Below the pieces are notes generated by a model. That model did no database searches, had not been told where the DNA came from, and saw only the letters and a list, made by a program, of their open reading frames with translations. DNA of 64,000 nucleotides, taken from contig OY761158.1 of NCBI GenBank assembly GCA_963664405.1, forward strand, positions 1,728,001-1,792,000, given 5' to 3'. A program made the translations under genes and the position numbers. Source of the DNA: Thermoanaerobaculia bacterium. Its GTDB lineage: Bacteria > Acidobacteriota > Thermoanaerobaculia > Multivoradales > Multivoraceae. Positions 1-9,934 of the stretch are shown piece after piece (position 1 is the stretch's first letter; every line of letters starts with the position of its first letter).

Positions 1-149
1 CCCTGCCTTCCGCGTCGGTCCCCGTCGCGTCGCTGTGCGGGCCGCGCACCTTGTCCCTCCTGCTCTTGCTCAGGCGTTGATTGAGCAAGCACGCCGTGGG
101 CAGCGAAGAGCAGCAGCGAGGCAGCGAACGGGGCGGATATCTTGATCAT
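1..149 (-). CDS. 5' part of a secreted protein (runs off the window start)
   Basis: Manual translation MIKISAPFAASLLLFAAHGVLAQSTPEQEQEGQ...; Sec signal peptide-like; GAGG upstream of ATG at 149. Confidence 0.6.
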   Translation of the reverse strand, partial: MIKISAPFAASLLLFAAHGVLAQSTPEQEQEGQGARPAQRRDGDRRGRQ

Positions 150-403
150 TCTGATCTACCTCGAGCTGGGACGCCTCCAGAACAGGCCAGGCGAAACGCG
201 AGTAGTCGAGTGCTTGGAGTGTAGCTCCGTCGGCGTCGAGATGGCCAGCACCGCCCTGAGCAAGTGATTAGAGGCCACGACCCCACGCCTTTGAAATGAC
301 TGATAGGCCCTGAACCGGCTCTCTGTTGGCTGGCCAGTTAGGTTTCTGCTAGCGTTTCTCGGCGGCTCGAGCGTCCGAGCCTCGATCCAGCGAAGGAGAG
401 CAA

Positions 404-2116
404 GTGTCTAGGGAAATCTACCGGCCCCTTCCTCTGGCTATTGTCTTCTCTGCCGTTGCCCTTGGTTGCGGCGGGTGCGGAGGCTCTCCTCAGCCAGAAG
501 AGAGGGCAACTACCGACGACCGACCCAACATACTCATCATCGTTGCGGACGATCTGGGCTACAACGATATCGGGCCATTCGGTGGCGAGATTGAAACACC
601 GAGCCTAGACGCGCTGGCAGCAGCAGGGCTCTCGTTGACAACCTTCTACGTCTTGCCCACCTGCTCGCCCTCCCGGTCGGTGCTGCTCACCGGGACCGAT
701 AATCATACCGCGGGGATGGGCGCGATGGCGGAGGCTCTGACCTCGAATCAGATCGGTTTGGCTGGGTACGAGGGCTACCTGAACGAGCGCGTCGTGACCG
801 TTGCGTCCCTTCTCCGAGACAACGGCTACCACACATATATGGTAGGCAAATGGCATCTCGGACACGAACTGGAGCACGGGCCGGCAGCCCGGGGGTTCGA
901 AAGATCCTTCACTCTGTTGAATGGAGGTGGCAGCCATTGGAGCGATCGGCGGGGACTGGTGCCAGGCGAGGCTTCGATGAGCTATCGCAGCGACGGCGTC
1001 GCGGTGGAAGCGTTGCCGGAGGACTTCTTTTCCTCCGAGTTCTACACCGATCGGCTGATCGAGAACATCGACGCCGGACGAGACGACGGGCACCCTTTCT
1101 TCGCCTACCTAGCCTACACGGCGCCCCACGATCCGTTGCACGCTCCCGAGGAATGGTTGCAGAAATACCGCGGTAGGTACGACGCCGGCTACGACGAGCT
1201 ACGCGATCAGCGCCACGCCAGCATGGTCGCACTGGGTCTCATGCCCGAGTCGGCCAAGCCTTTTCCGCGACTGCCTACTGTTCCGGCGTGGGATGAGCTG
1301 GCTCCGGAGGTCCAAGCGGTCGAGGCGCGTGAGATGGAAGCGTACGCGGCGATGGTGGACAACATGGACCACCACATCGGTCGCATCCTCGATCATCTCC
1401 GTCAGATCGGCGAGTACGACAACACCTTGGTCCTGTTTTTCTCTGACAACGGCGCCAACGGCTTGGAGGCGCGGAACTATCCCGGCCAGACCGATGAGTA
1501 CCTCGGCGCTTTCGACAACAGCTTGGAGAACATCGGTCGTGAAGGCTCCTTCGCTGCTCCAGGACCGGCATGGGCGCAGGTCAGCATGGTGCCGTTTCGC
1601 TTGTACAAGGCAAGTGCCGCCGAGGGTGGGATTCGCGCGCCCTTCATCGCTACCGGACCCGGCATTTCGGCCGGAGGGCGGAGTACTGTGTTTGCGCGCG
1701 TGGCAGACATCGCTCCCACTCTGCTGGAGCTAGCTGGAGTCGAGCACCCGGACTCGTACCAAGGTAGGGAGGTGGCCCCGCTGATCGGCAACTCGATGCT
1801 GTCCCTGTTGCGGGGTGGTGCCACAGCAGTGCACGGAGCCGACGTGGCTTTCGGCTGGGAACTGCACGGCCAGAAGGCGCTGATCAGCGGTCGGTGGAAA
1901 GCGCTCAATCTCCCGCCCCCCTTCGGCAACGCCGAGTGGGAGCTTTTTGATTTGTCCGTCGACCCCGGCGAGATGACCGATCTCTCCGACACGGAGGGCG
2001 AGCGCTTGCAGGCAATGATTGCTTCGTATCAGCAGTATGCCGACGGGGTCGGTGTGGTCCCGCCGGACCTCGATGAGCTTCTGCGGAGTATGGGGATCCG
2101 ACAGCCTCAGGAGTAG
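404..2116 (+). CDS. Arylsulfatase (Cys-type, formylglycine-dependent), probably exported or a lipoprotein
   Basis: PNILIIVADDLG, CSPSR (CxPxR) + LLTG, VGKWHLG, FFSDNG motifs; N-terminal hydrophobic stretch ending in ALGC. Confidence 0.93.
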   Translation: MSREIYRPLPLAIVFSAVALGCGGCGGSPQPEERATTDDRPNILIIVADDLGYNDIGPFGGEIETPSLDALAAAGLSLTTFYVLPTCSPSRSVLLTGTDNHTAGMGAMAEALTSNQIGLAGYEGYLNERVVTVASLLRDNGYHTYMVGKWHLGHELEHGPAARGFERSFTLLNGGGSHWSDRRGLVPGEASMSYRSDGVAVEALPEDFFSSEFYTDRLIENIDAGRDDGHPFFAYLAYTAPHDPLHAPEEWLQKYRGRYDAGYDELRDQRHASMVALGLMPESAKPFPRLPTVPAWDELAPEVQAVEAREMEAYAAMVDNMDHHIGRILDHLRQIGEYDNTLVLFFSDNGANGLEARNYPGQTDEYLGAFDNSLENIGREGSFAAPGPAWAQVSMVPFRLYKASAAEGGIRAPFIATGPGISAGGRSTVFARVADIAPTLLELAGVEHPDSYQGREVAPLIGNSMLSLLRGGATAVHGADVAFGWELHGQKALISGRWKALNLPPPFGNAEWELFDLSVDPGEMTDLSDTEGERLQAMIASYQQYADGVGVVPPDLDELLRSMGIRQPQE

Positions 2117-2338
2117 CGAGGGTCCAATCGCTTTGGTCTCTCCGCTCTGGTAGATCGTGACCGCACTGCCCGAATCGGTCTCCGCGGAGCCGGTGTTGCT
2201 TCACGCGGATGTGAGCAGCGACCACTTCCTCGGGGCTCCACCACTACGCCCACGTCGCGATCATGATGGGGAGGCGAAGTTCGAAATCGAGGAGTAGAAT
2301 GGGCGCATTCAAGAGACGACTTGCATCTGGAGGCTGTA

Positions 2339-3448
2339 ATGAAGCGTAGAGAGCCACGGATTCCTCGACCCCTAGGCACACTAACCGCGGCCGTGCTCAC
2401 CTGTTTGCTTGTAGCACCCGTCGCGGTGAGATCGGCGGATGGGTCCAGAGAGATCCCCCGCACCGCCGACGGCCGGCCGGACCTCAGTGGCACTTACAAC
2501 GTTGCCACCTTGACGCCACTCAGTCGCCCGCGCGGGCTCGGTGAGAAGCTGACCCTCACCGATGAAGAGGCCGCAGAGCTCCGAGATCATTGGCTCTCGA
2601 ACCTGGCGAAAGATGCCGAGCCGAGCGACCCTGACCGGGGCGCGCCTCCGGTGGGTGGGGTCGACTTCTTCGTTCCCGAGTTCAACGGCGCAGCGGGAGG
2701 CGTGGGCGGGTACAACGCGTTCTTCATCGACCTCGGCGACAGTGGGTTCAAGATCGACGGCAAGTGGCGGACTTCGATCCTCGTCGATCCGCCCAACGGC
2801 AAGCTGCCACCTCTGTCGGCCGCGGGCAAGAAGAGAATGGCCGCCAACGCCGGTTTTGCCCACGCCAACACCGGCGAGGCGTGGTGGCTCGACCGCGAGG
2901 CCGGGCCCTACGACGATCCCGAGAAGAGGCCACTGGGCGAGCGCTGCCTCTTGGGCTTCGGCTCGACCTCGGGTCCCCCGATGCTGCCGGTCATGTACAA
3001 CAATATGAAGCGGATCGTTCAGACCGAAGAGCACGTGATGATCCTGGTCGAGATGGCCCACGATGTGCGGGTCATTCGCCTCGACCAGGAGCACGCCTCA
3101 CCCGACGTCAGAAAGTGGCTGGGTGATTCTGTGGGTCACTGGGAGGGCGACACCCTGGTTGTGGACACCACGAATTTCCGCGACCAGTCGGGCTTCTCGC
3201 AGGCGTCGAGAGACCTCCATGTCGTCGAGCGCTTCTCTCGCATCGACAAAGACACGCTGCTCTATCACTTCACCGTCACCGACCCGACCTGGACCGAGCC
3301 CTGGAGCGGCGAATACCCGTGGCCGGCGAGTGACGATCGTGTCTACGAATACGGCTGCCACGAAGGCAACTACGCTCTCGGCGGGATTCTACGCGGCGCG
3401 CGCATCCTGGAGCAGGAAGCTCTCGCCAAGCGTGCCGGCGGCGAGTGA
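2339..3448 (+). CDS. Secreted protein of unknown function (PRTADGRPDLSG / GDSVGHWEGDTLVVDT / YEYxCHEGN family)
   Basis: ORF with signal peptide; GGAGG RBS before ATG 2339; family recognised from motifs. Confidence 0.75.
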   Translation: MKRREPRIPRPLGTLTAAVLTCLLVAPVAVRSADGSREIPRTADGRPDLSGTYNVATLTPLSRPRGLGEKLTLTDEEAAELRDHWLSNLAKDAEPSDPDRGAPPVGGVDFFVPEFNGAAGGVGGYNAFFIDLGDSGFKIDGKWRTSILVDPPNGKLPPLSAAGKKRMAANAGFAHANTGEAWWLDREAGPYDDPEKRPLGERCLLGFGSTSGPPMLPVMYNNMKRIVQTEEHVMILVEMAHDVRVIRLDQEHASPDVRKWLGDSVGHWEGDTLVVDTTNFRDQSGFSQASRDLHVVERFSRIDKDTLLYHFTVTDPTWTEPWSGEYPWPASDDRVYEYGCHEGNYALGGILRGARILEQEALAKRAGGE

Positions 3449-3465
3449 AGAATCCTCGTTAGGAG

Positions 3466-4183
3466 CTACTGTTCCTGACGATCGTAGTACCGCTTCACCG
3501 TGAAGGGTGAAGAGCCGGGACCCATGCCTACCGAGGTGGCGACCAGGAGGCGTCCCTTCTTGTCGACGCTGTAGTTCTGCGTCAGCGTCGGAGTCGCGCC
3601 CTTCTTCCCTGGGAAGGTCACGTCGACCACCAATTTGGTCTTCTTCCATCGAGTCTTCACCGTGGTCTTGGCGCCGTCCTCGCCTTCGCGCTCCTCGACC
3701 CGGCCGTCGGTAAAGACGGTGGTAGCGACTCCATTCGCGTTCTCGATGTTGAGCTCCGGATCGGCCTGGGTGATGGTGAGCTCTTCAGTTCCTTGAGAAA
3801 AATTCTTCATCATTCCCAGAAGACCGCCGGGCGCCCACATCGCCTTTACCGCCAAAGCTTGATTTGACGCCTCCGAAGTCACCACCGCCGCCACCGCCCT
3901 TACCACCACCACCGCCGTCTCCTCCCTTGCTTCCACCGCCTCCTCCCTGGCCTCCCGCGGATCCGCCGCCCGCACCGGCATTGGAGACAGCGCTGCCTCC
4001 CCGGTTGCGCATAACCGTCATCCGCTTCTCGAACGCCTTCTCGATATTGTCGCTGAGGTCGACATTGAGGGCCCACACCCCACTGAGATCGGGACTCGCC
4101 GCATCCGCCGCCAACAGCGGAAGAGCGGTAAGGACCAGCACACCGGCTAGTGCCAGGATTGAAACTCGAATAAAACGTCGCAT
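3466..4183 (-). pseudogene. Secreted Gly-rich protein, paralog 1, split by a +1 frameshift near 3826-3832
   Basis: N-half (MRRFIRVSILAL..PDLSGVWALNVDLSD) in ORF 3785..4264 and C-half (GLLGMMKNFSQG..PFTVKRYYDRQEQ) in ORF 3466..3981 together align with paralogs 2 and 3; GGGAGG RBS. Confidence 0.75.
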
Positions 4184-4284
4184 AGAGAACCTCCCACGTG
4201 CTGGAGCCATGCCTTCAAGGATAGTCATCGCGGCCAGAAGCGCTCCCAACGGTCGCGTAGGCAACGGCGGAGGCCGCGAAAAAG

Positions 4285-4750
4285 GGGGCCTTGGGGACCG
4301 GGCTGCGAAGCATAACTATTCAAGCACAACTCCGCTTCAACGCGAGGCCCTATCCAAAGCGCGAAGCAGCCCGTGCGTGTAAGGCAAGGGTGGAGGCCGC
4401 GCCAAGGGGTCTTGGGGGCCGGGTTGCGAAGCATAACCATTCAAGCACAACACCGCTTCAACACGACGCTGTATCCAAAGCGCGAAGCAACCCGTGCACG
4501 TACGACAGGGTGGAGGCCGCGACAAGGGGGTCTTGGGGACCGGGCTGCGAAGCATAACTATTCGAGCACAACTCCGCTTCAACACGAGGCCCTATCCAAA
4601 GCGCGAAGCAGCCCGTGCACGTAGCGCAAGGGTGACGGCCGCTTCAGGGGTCTTGGGGACCGGGCTGCGAAGCATAACCATTCGAGCACAACGCCGCTTC
4701 AACACGACGCTCTATCCAAAGCGCGAAGCAGCCCGGTCCCCAAGACCCCC
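4285..4750. repeat. Tandem array of four 120-121 bp hairpin units
   Basis: Units start at about 4285, 4406, 4527 and 4647 (GGGG(T/C)CTTGGGG(A/G)CCGGG(C/T)TGCGAAGCATAAC...GCGCGAAGCA(G/A)CCCG); the last unit closes with the full 22-bp reverse complement GCAGCCCGGTCCCCAAGACCCC. Confidence 0.92.
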
Positions 4751-4780
4751 TCGCGGCCGGCCCCCGGCCCCGCGCGCGCG

Positions 4781-5509
4781 CTACTCCTGTCGGTCGTAGA
4801 GGCGCTTTACGGTGAAGGGGCGCATGCCGCCGCCGACGCCGACGGTGGAGTTCACCAAGAGACGTCCGTCCTTGGTCAGACTGTAGGTCTGGGTCAGCGT
4901 CGGAGTGGTACCGCCGGATCCTGGGAACGACACGTTTACGGCCAGCTTGTTCTTCTTCCACCGGCTCTTCACCTTGGTCGTGCCGCCATCTTCCGCTTTG
5001 CTCTCCTGGGTCCGCCCGTCGGTATAGACCGTGCTGGCCACGCCATTCGCGTTCTCGATGGTGACTTCAGGGTCACCCTGGGTGATGGTGAGCTGCTGCG
5101 CCCCCTGCGAGACAGCTTGCATGATTCCCAGCAGACCGCGGGCGGCGCCTCTCCCCTGTGCACCGCCAATGCTCTGGCCGTCGGTTCTCGCTCCTCGACC
5201 CGCGGCGCTACTTCCCGCCGACGACAGACCACCGGCACCTCCGCCGCCGCCACCGCCGCCACCTCCGCCACCGCCGCCACCGCCGCCTCTGCCACCCGTA
5301 CCGCTACTTTCAGCCCCGCCGCCTCCGCGGTTTCTCTGCTGAGCCTTCATCCATTTCTGGAAGGCCTCTTGTGGGTTGTCGCTGAGCTCCCGATTGAGAG
5401 TCCAACCGCCACTCAGGTCCGGGGCCTCGGCCGCCAATAGAGACAGCGGAGCCAGGACCAGCGCCAATATCGCGAAGATCAGGGTCGGGGATAGCTTCGA
5501 ACTTTGCAT
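4781..5509 (-). CDS. Secreted Gly-rich protein, paralog 2
   Basis: Signal peptide, PDLSGGWTLNRELSD, poly-Gly tract, C-terminal PFTVKRLYDRQE; GGGAGG RBS before ATG 5509. Confidence 0.8.
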   Translation of the reverse strand: MQSSKLSPTLIFAILALVLAPLSLLAAEAPDLSGGWTLNRELSDNPQEAFQKWMKAQQRNRGGGGAESSGTGGRGGGGGGGGGGGGGGGGGAGGLSSAGSSAAGRGARTDGQSIGGAQGRGAARGLLGIMQAVSQGAQQLTITQGDPEVTIENANGVASTVYTDGRTQESKAEDGGTTKVKSRWKKNKLAVNVSFPGSGGTTPTLTQTYSLTKDGRLLVNSTVGVGGGMRPFTVKRLYDRQE

Positions 5510-5566
5510 AGAGCACCTCCCGAGTGCTGCGGCCATGACTTCCAGAAACCAGAGACGAGTATAGCG

Positions 5567-6262
5567 CTACTCCTCCTGCCGATCGTACACGCGGTTGACC
5601 GTGAACGGCCGCCTACCGTCGCCCAGGCCAGCGGTGGTCGAGACCAGAAGGCGCCCGATCTTGGACACGCTGTAAGTCTGGCTCAAAGTCGGGGTCGCCC
5701 CGGAACTGCTGGCGAACATCACCTTCACCAGCAGCCTATCCTTCTTCCACCGTGTCTTCACCCGGGTCTTGCCGCCCCGCTCTTCCTCGCGCACCATCTC
5801 CCTGCCGTCGGTGAAGAGGCGGGTCTCGTCGCCGTTCGAGTTCTCGATCACAATCTCCGGGCCTACCAGGGAGAGGGTCAGCCGCTGGGAGCCCTGAGAG
5901 AATGCTTGCATCATGCCAAGGACACTGCGGGCGCCAGCCACTTCCTGGCCTGGGATACCCCCGGCTGCTCCTCCATAGGCTTCGGCGCTAGGGCCGGCCT
6001 CGTTGCCGCCTTCACTTCCAGGGCCAGAGACCCCTCCATCAAGACGGTGGCCCTCCGCTCCCTCATTTGAGAAATCATCGGTATCGCCTCGGTCGTGAAG
6101 ACTCCCCAGCCATCTCTCGTACGCTCGCTGCGGATCGTCGCTGAGATCCCGATTGAGAGTCCAGCTGCCACTGAGGTCCGGGTTCTCGGCCGCCGAAAGA
6201 GACAGCGAGGCCAGGGCCACCGTCGCAACGATCAGGACCAGAGCACGGTTCCAATACTGCAT
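5567..6262 (-). CDS. Secreted protein, paralog 3
   Basis: Signal peptide from MQYWNR, PDLSGSWTLNRDLSD, C-terminal PFTVNRVYDRQEE. Confidence 0.78.
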   Translation of the reverse strand: MQYWNRALVLIVATVALASLSLSAAENPDLSGSWTLNRDLSDDPQRAYERWLGSLHDRGDTDDFSNEGAEGHRLDGGVSGPGSEGGNEAGPSAEAYGGAAGGIPGQEVAGARSVLGMMQAFSQGSQRLTLSLVGPEIVIENSNGDETRLFTDGREMVREEERGGKTRVKTRWKKDRLLVKVMFASSSGATPTLSQTYSVSKIGRLLVSTTAGLGDGRRPFTVNRVYDRQEE

Positions 6263-6273
6263 GACCGTTCCGC

Positions 6274-7680
6274 TCAGCCGGGGATACGACCCGACAGCAG
6301 ATGAAGAGGTCGCCCCAGCGCTCCCCAAGCAGCCTCGCCGAGGGCCTCAGAAAGCGTCGGGTGGGGATGGATGGTCAAAGCCAGATCCTCCAGACTAGCC
6401 CCCATTTCGACCGCGAGAGCCGCCTCTCCTGCAAGCTCAGACACATGAGGACCAGCCATGTGAACCCCGAGCACAGTGTCCTCTTCGTCTGCGACGACCT
6501 CGACGTGACCGAGTGGGGCCGCCACCGCCCGGGCTCGGGACGACGCGGTCAAGGGAAAGCGAAAGTGGCGGGGGTGGCATCCCATCTCCTCGGCCTGCGC
6601 GATCGTCAAGCCGACGCTCGCCACCTCCGGATCGGAGAAAACGATCTCAGGCACTGTCGCCGGATCGAAGGCCGCCCGCCGCCCCGCCGCGGTGAGAGCG
6701 GCGACTTCGGCCTCTGCCGTGGCCTTGTGGGCCAACGCCGGGCCCGCGGTGAGGTCGCCGATGGCGAGCACGTGCCTGGCGGCACGTCGAGCCTCGTCGA
6801 CGATGACCCTTCCTTGTGCATCGACCCGAGCACCCGCCGCCTGCAGCCCGAGATCGTCGGTCCTCGGTACCCGCCCGACGGCGACCAGGATCTTCTCGGC
6901 GGCGACCGCGACGTCCTCTCCACGGCGGCTCACTCGAAGACCCGACTCGGTCATCTCCTTCGCTTGCGAGCCGAGAAGGATCTCGACTCCCAGAGCGCGC
7001 AGACGGCGCTCGACCACCGCTCCCAGAGACGCATCCAGCAGCGGCAAGAGGCGATCGCAGAGCTCGATCACGGTCACTTTCGCACCCAGTTTGGCGAAGG
7101 CCGTACCCAGCTCGACGCCGATATAGCCGCCGCCGACCACCGCAAGCGAAGAAGGAACTCGCTCGAGCGCCAACGCACCGGTCGAATCCAGCGTGCGCTC
7201 ACCATCGAAGGGCAGCTCGCTCAGCTCCGCGGGGCGAGAGCCGGTAGCGACAATCGCCTCTTCGAACTCGAAATGCCGCACCAGTTCGCCGGAGACCACG
7301 GCGCTCCGATTTTCTTTGGTGAATCGGGCCACACCGCTCACTCGGTCGACACCCGCCGCGCTGAGCAGCGAGTCGACTCGCGAAGTCAACCCGCCGACCA
7401 CCTCGGCGATGTGCTGCTGAATCCGCTCCATGTCGGGTGACGCTTCGAGATCTACCCCCACCACCGCTGCCTCCTCGCCGAGCCCCGCGATGTTCGCCGC
7501 GTGGATGAGCATCTTCGAGGGGATGCAACCGACGTTCAGGCAGGTACCTCCGACCCGATCCTTCTCCACCAGGGTGACGCGCTTCCCCAGCTTCGCCGCT
7601 CGCAACGCGGCGGCGTAGCCCCCCGGACCCGCCCCGATCACCAGGACATCGGTCGAGGAGGCGACTTCGCCGACGACCAT
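6274..7680 (-). CDS. lpdA: Dihydrolipoamide dehydrogenase (E3)
   Basis: GAGPGG FAD motif, GGTCLNVGCIP redox disulfide, GGGYIG, HPHPTLSE. Confidence 0.93.
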   Translation of the reverse strand: MVVGEVASSTDVLVIGAGPGGYAAALRAAKLGKRVTLVEKDRVGGTCLNVGCIPSKMLIHAANIAGLGEEAAVVGVDLEASPDMERIQQHIAEVVGGLTSRVDSLLSAAGVDRVSGVARFTKENRSAVVSGELVRHFEFEEAIVATGSRPAELSELPFDGERTLDSTGALALERVPSSLAVVGGGYIGVELGTAFAKLGAKVTVIELCDRLLPLLDASLGAVVERRLRALGVEILLGSQAKEMTESGLRVSRRGEDVAVAAEKILVAVGRVPRTDDLGLQAAGARVDAQGRVIVDEARRAARHVLAIGDLTAGPALAHKATAEAEVAALTAAGRRAAFDPATVPEIVFSDPEVASVGLTIAQAEEMGCHPRHFRFPLTASSRARAVAAPLGHVEVVADEEDTVLGVHMAGPHVSELAGEAALAVEMGASLEDLALTIHPHPTLSEALGEAAWGALGRPLHLLSGRIPG

Positions 7681-7683
7681 CGT

Positions 7684-8946
7684 CTAAGGCCCTGGCCCTA
7701 TTAGAAGGTTGATGGGGTCGGTCAAGAGCTCGCGCACACACTCCTGGAAGGCCACCGAGAGATCGCCGTCGATCAGGCGATGATCGGCGCCGAAACAGAG
7801 GGGCAGCGTCGGCCGCGCTTCCACTCGTCCTTCGACGGCGATAGCTCGCTCGCGAATGGCGCCGAAGCCGAGGATGCCGGCCTCCGGTGGTCGGATGATC
7901 GGCGCGGCGAAGCGACCTCCGATGGCGCCGTAGTTGGTGAGAGTGAAGGTTCCGCCCTGAAGCTCGGCGGCTTTGATCTTTCGCGTCCGTGCCGCCTTGG
8001 CAAGGCGGTCGATCTCGGCGGCCAGATCGAGCAGCGAACGCTGGCCGGCATTGCGGATGACCGGCACGATGAGCCCATCGGGAGTCGCGGCGGCAATTCC
8101 GAGGTTGATCTCACCGTGAACTCGGATCTGCTTCCGCTCCAGATCGAGAGAGGCGTTGACCAAAGGGTAGCGACGCAAAGCCTGACATGCGGCCATCGCC
8201 AGAAAAGCAGTAACGGTGAGGGGGCTCTCCCCTTCCCCGACTTTCTGGCGCAGTTTGCGATGGCAATCGAGCAGAGCCGTGGCGTCGATCTCGTCAAAGC
8301 CGTGGATATGAGGAATGGTCTCCCAGGCACGGGACATGACCTGAGCCGTCACTCGGCGCAAACCGGCAAGGGGCATCACGCCGGGGGTCGCCTGTCCCAG
8401 ACCTGAAGGCGCTTCGGCACCAACCGACTCCGGAGCCTCGACTACCCCAGCTACCTCGGTCATTGGAACCGTAGCCTGAGCCACGTGTCCACGCACGTCT
8501 TCGGCGAGGATCCGCCCGGATGCGCCACTACCGACGACGTCGGCCAGAACAATACCGAGCTCGGTCGCCAGTCTTCGTACCGCCGGTGCGGCCTTCGGTC
8601 GTGGTTTTCTCGAAGATCCGGGCTGAGCCATCACCGCTACGGGCTCGGGGTCGGCGGGCGCCGAGACCTCCTTGGTCTCGCTCGACGGAGCCTTGACGCC
8701 TCCGTCGCCGTTACCGGCAATCACGAAGAGAAGCTCCCCGACCTTGACGATCGCCCCGACTTCGGCGGCCAGACTCGACATCGTGCCCGCAACCGGCGCC
8801 GGAATCTCCACCAGAGCCTTGTCGGTCTGGATCTCGACCAGAGACTGGTCCCTGGCCACTTCCTCGCCGGGCGCCACCAGCCAGCGGATCACCTCCGCCT
8901 CTTCCAGCCCCTCGCCGAGATCGGGCAGTAGGAACTCGTAGGGCAT
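7684..8946 (-). CDS. Dihydrolipoamide acyltransferase (E2) of a 2-oxoacid dehydrogenase
   Basis: Lipoyl domain EIQTDKA, PSBD AAPAVRRLA, catalytic DHRLIDG. Confidence 0.92.
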   Translation of the reverse strand: MPYEFLLPDLGEGLEEAEVIRWLVAPGEEVARDQSLVEIQTDKALVEIPAPVAGTMSSLAAEVGAIVKVGELLFVIAGNGDGGVKAPSSETKEVSAPADPEPVAVMAQPGSSRKPRPKAAPAVRRLATELGIVLADVVGSGASGRILAEDVRGHVAQATVPMTEVAGVVEAPESVGAEAPSGLGQATPGVMPLAGLRRVTAQVMSRAWETIPHIHGFDEIDATALLDCHRKLRQKVGEGESPLTVTAFLAMAACQALRRYPLVNASLDLERKQIRVHGEINLGIAAATPDGLIVPVIRNAGQRSLLDLAAEIDRLAKAARTRKIKAAELQGGTFTLTNYGAIGGRFAAPIIRPPEAGILGFGAIRERAIAVEGRVEARPTLPLCFGADHRLIDGDLSVAFQECVRELLTDPINLLIGPGP

Positions 8947-8952
8947 GAGGAG

Positions 8953-9930
8953 CTACTTCTCCAGAGTGCGTCGGGCGGCGGCGACCACCCGATCGATACT
9001 CGGTACGTAGTGATCCTCGAGCAGACCGGCCGGATAGGGCACATCCCAGCCGGAGACCCGAGCCACCGGCGCCTCGAGGGAGTAGAAGGCCTCATCGTTG
9101 ATGGTGGCGATGACCTCCGCGGCAAAGCCACAGGTCTCAGGCGCTTCCTGAACGACCACTGCACGGCCGCAGGCTTCCACGGCCTCGGCGATAGCCTCGG
9201 TGTCCAGGGGAACGAGAGTGCGTAGATCAAGGACCCGGGCTCCGACCCCTTCCTTCTCGAGCTCAACGGAAGCACGACGCGCCACCTCGACCATGTAGCT
9301 CCAGGCGATGAAGACCAGGTCGTCGCCGTCTCGCACCGACCTCGCCTTGCCGAGAGGAACGACGTAGTCGCCCTCCGGGACGTCGTCGCGAAGCGCTCGA
9401 TAGCCCCGCAGCGGCTCGAGAAACATCACCGGGTCCGGGTCGCGAATGCTCGCCGCCAGGAGGCCCTTGGCGTCGGCCGCCGAGGCAGGCAGCACGACCT
9501 TCAGGCCGGGGATGTTGGCGAGCTGAGCTTCCAACGAATCGGAGTGAAGCTCGGGCGTGCGGACACCGCCGCCAAAGGGTGCACGAACCGTGATCGGTGC
9601 TTCGAAACGACCGCGCGAGCGGTAGCGAACACGAGCGAGCTGCCCCGCGATCTGGTGGAAGGCCTGGTAGGCGAATCCAAGAAATTGGATCTCTGGGACA
9701 GGGACCATACCGGCGACAGCCAGACCGATCGAAGAACCGACGATGGCTCCTTCGGCGAGGGGGGTGTCGACCACGCGGTCACCGCCAAAATGGTCGAGAA
9801 GTCCTTCAGTCGCCCGAAAAACACCGCCATTGACGGCAACGTCCTCACCGAGGACGACCACTCTCTCGTCACGCTCCATCTCGTAGTGGAGCGAGGCGTT
9901 GATCGCCTCGACCATGGTCATCTCGGCCAT
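8953..9930 (-). CDS. pdhB: 2-oxoacid (pyruvate or branched-chain) dehydrogenase E1 beta subunit
   Basis: GEDVAVNGGVFRAT, DTPLAE, GGGVRTPELHS. Confidence 0.88.
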   Translation of the reverse strand: MAEMTMVEAINASLHYEMERDERVVVLGEDVAVNGGVFRATEGLLDHFGGDRVVDTPLAEGAIVGSSIGLAVAGMVPVPEIQFLGFAYQAFHQIAGQLARVRYRSRGRFEAPITVRAPFGGGVRTPELHSDSLEAQLANIPGLKVVLPASAADAKGLLAASIRDPDPVMFLEPLRGYRALRDDVPEGDYVVPLGKARSVRDGDDLVFIAWSYMVEVARRASVELEKEGVGARVLDLRTLVPLDTEAIAEAVEACGRAVVVQEAPETCGFAAEVIATINDEAFYSLEAPVARVSGWDVPYPAGLLEDHYVPSIDRVVAAARRTLEK

Positions 9931-9934
9931 CAGC

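Noticed and set aside
4285-4750. CRISPR array or integron attC array (units contain GCATAAC)
   Set aside because: No unique spacers (loops are near-identical), the period is 120 bp, and no cas gene is present. There is no matching GTTRRRY end, no cassette ORFs and no integrase.
4225-4799. Short repetitive ORFs over the tandem array
   Set aside because: Translations of a repeat whose period shifts frame; no start signals.
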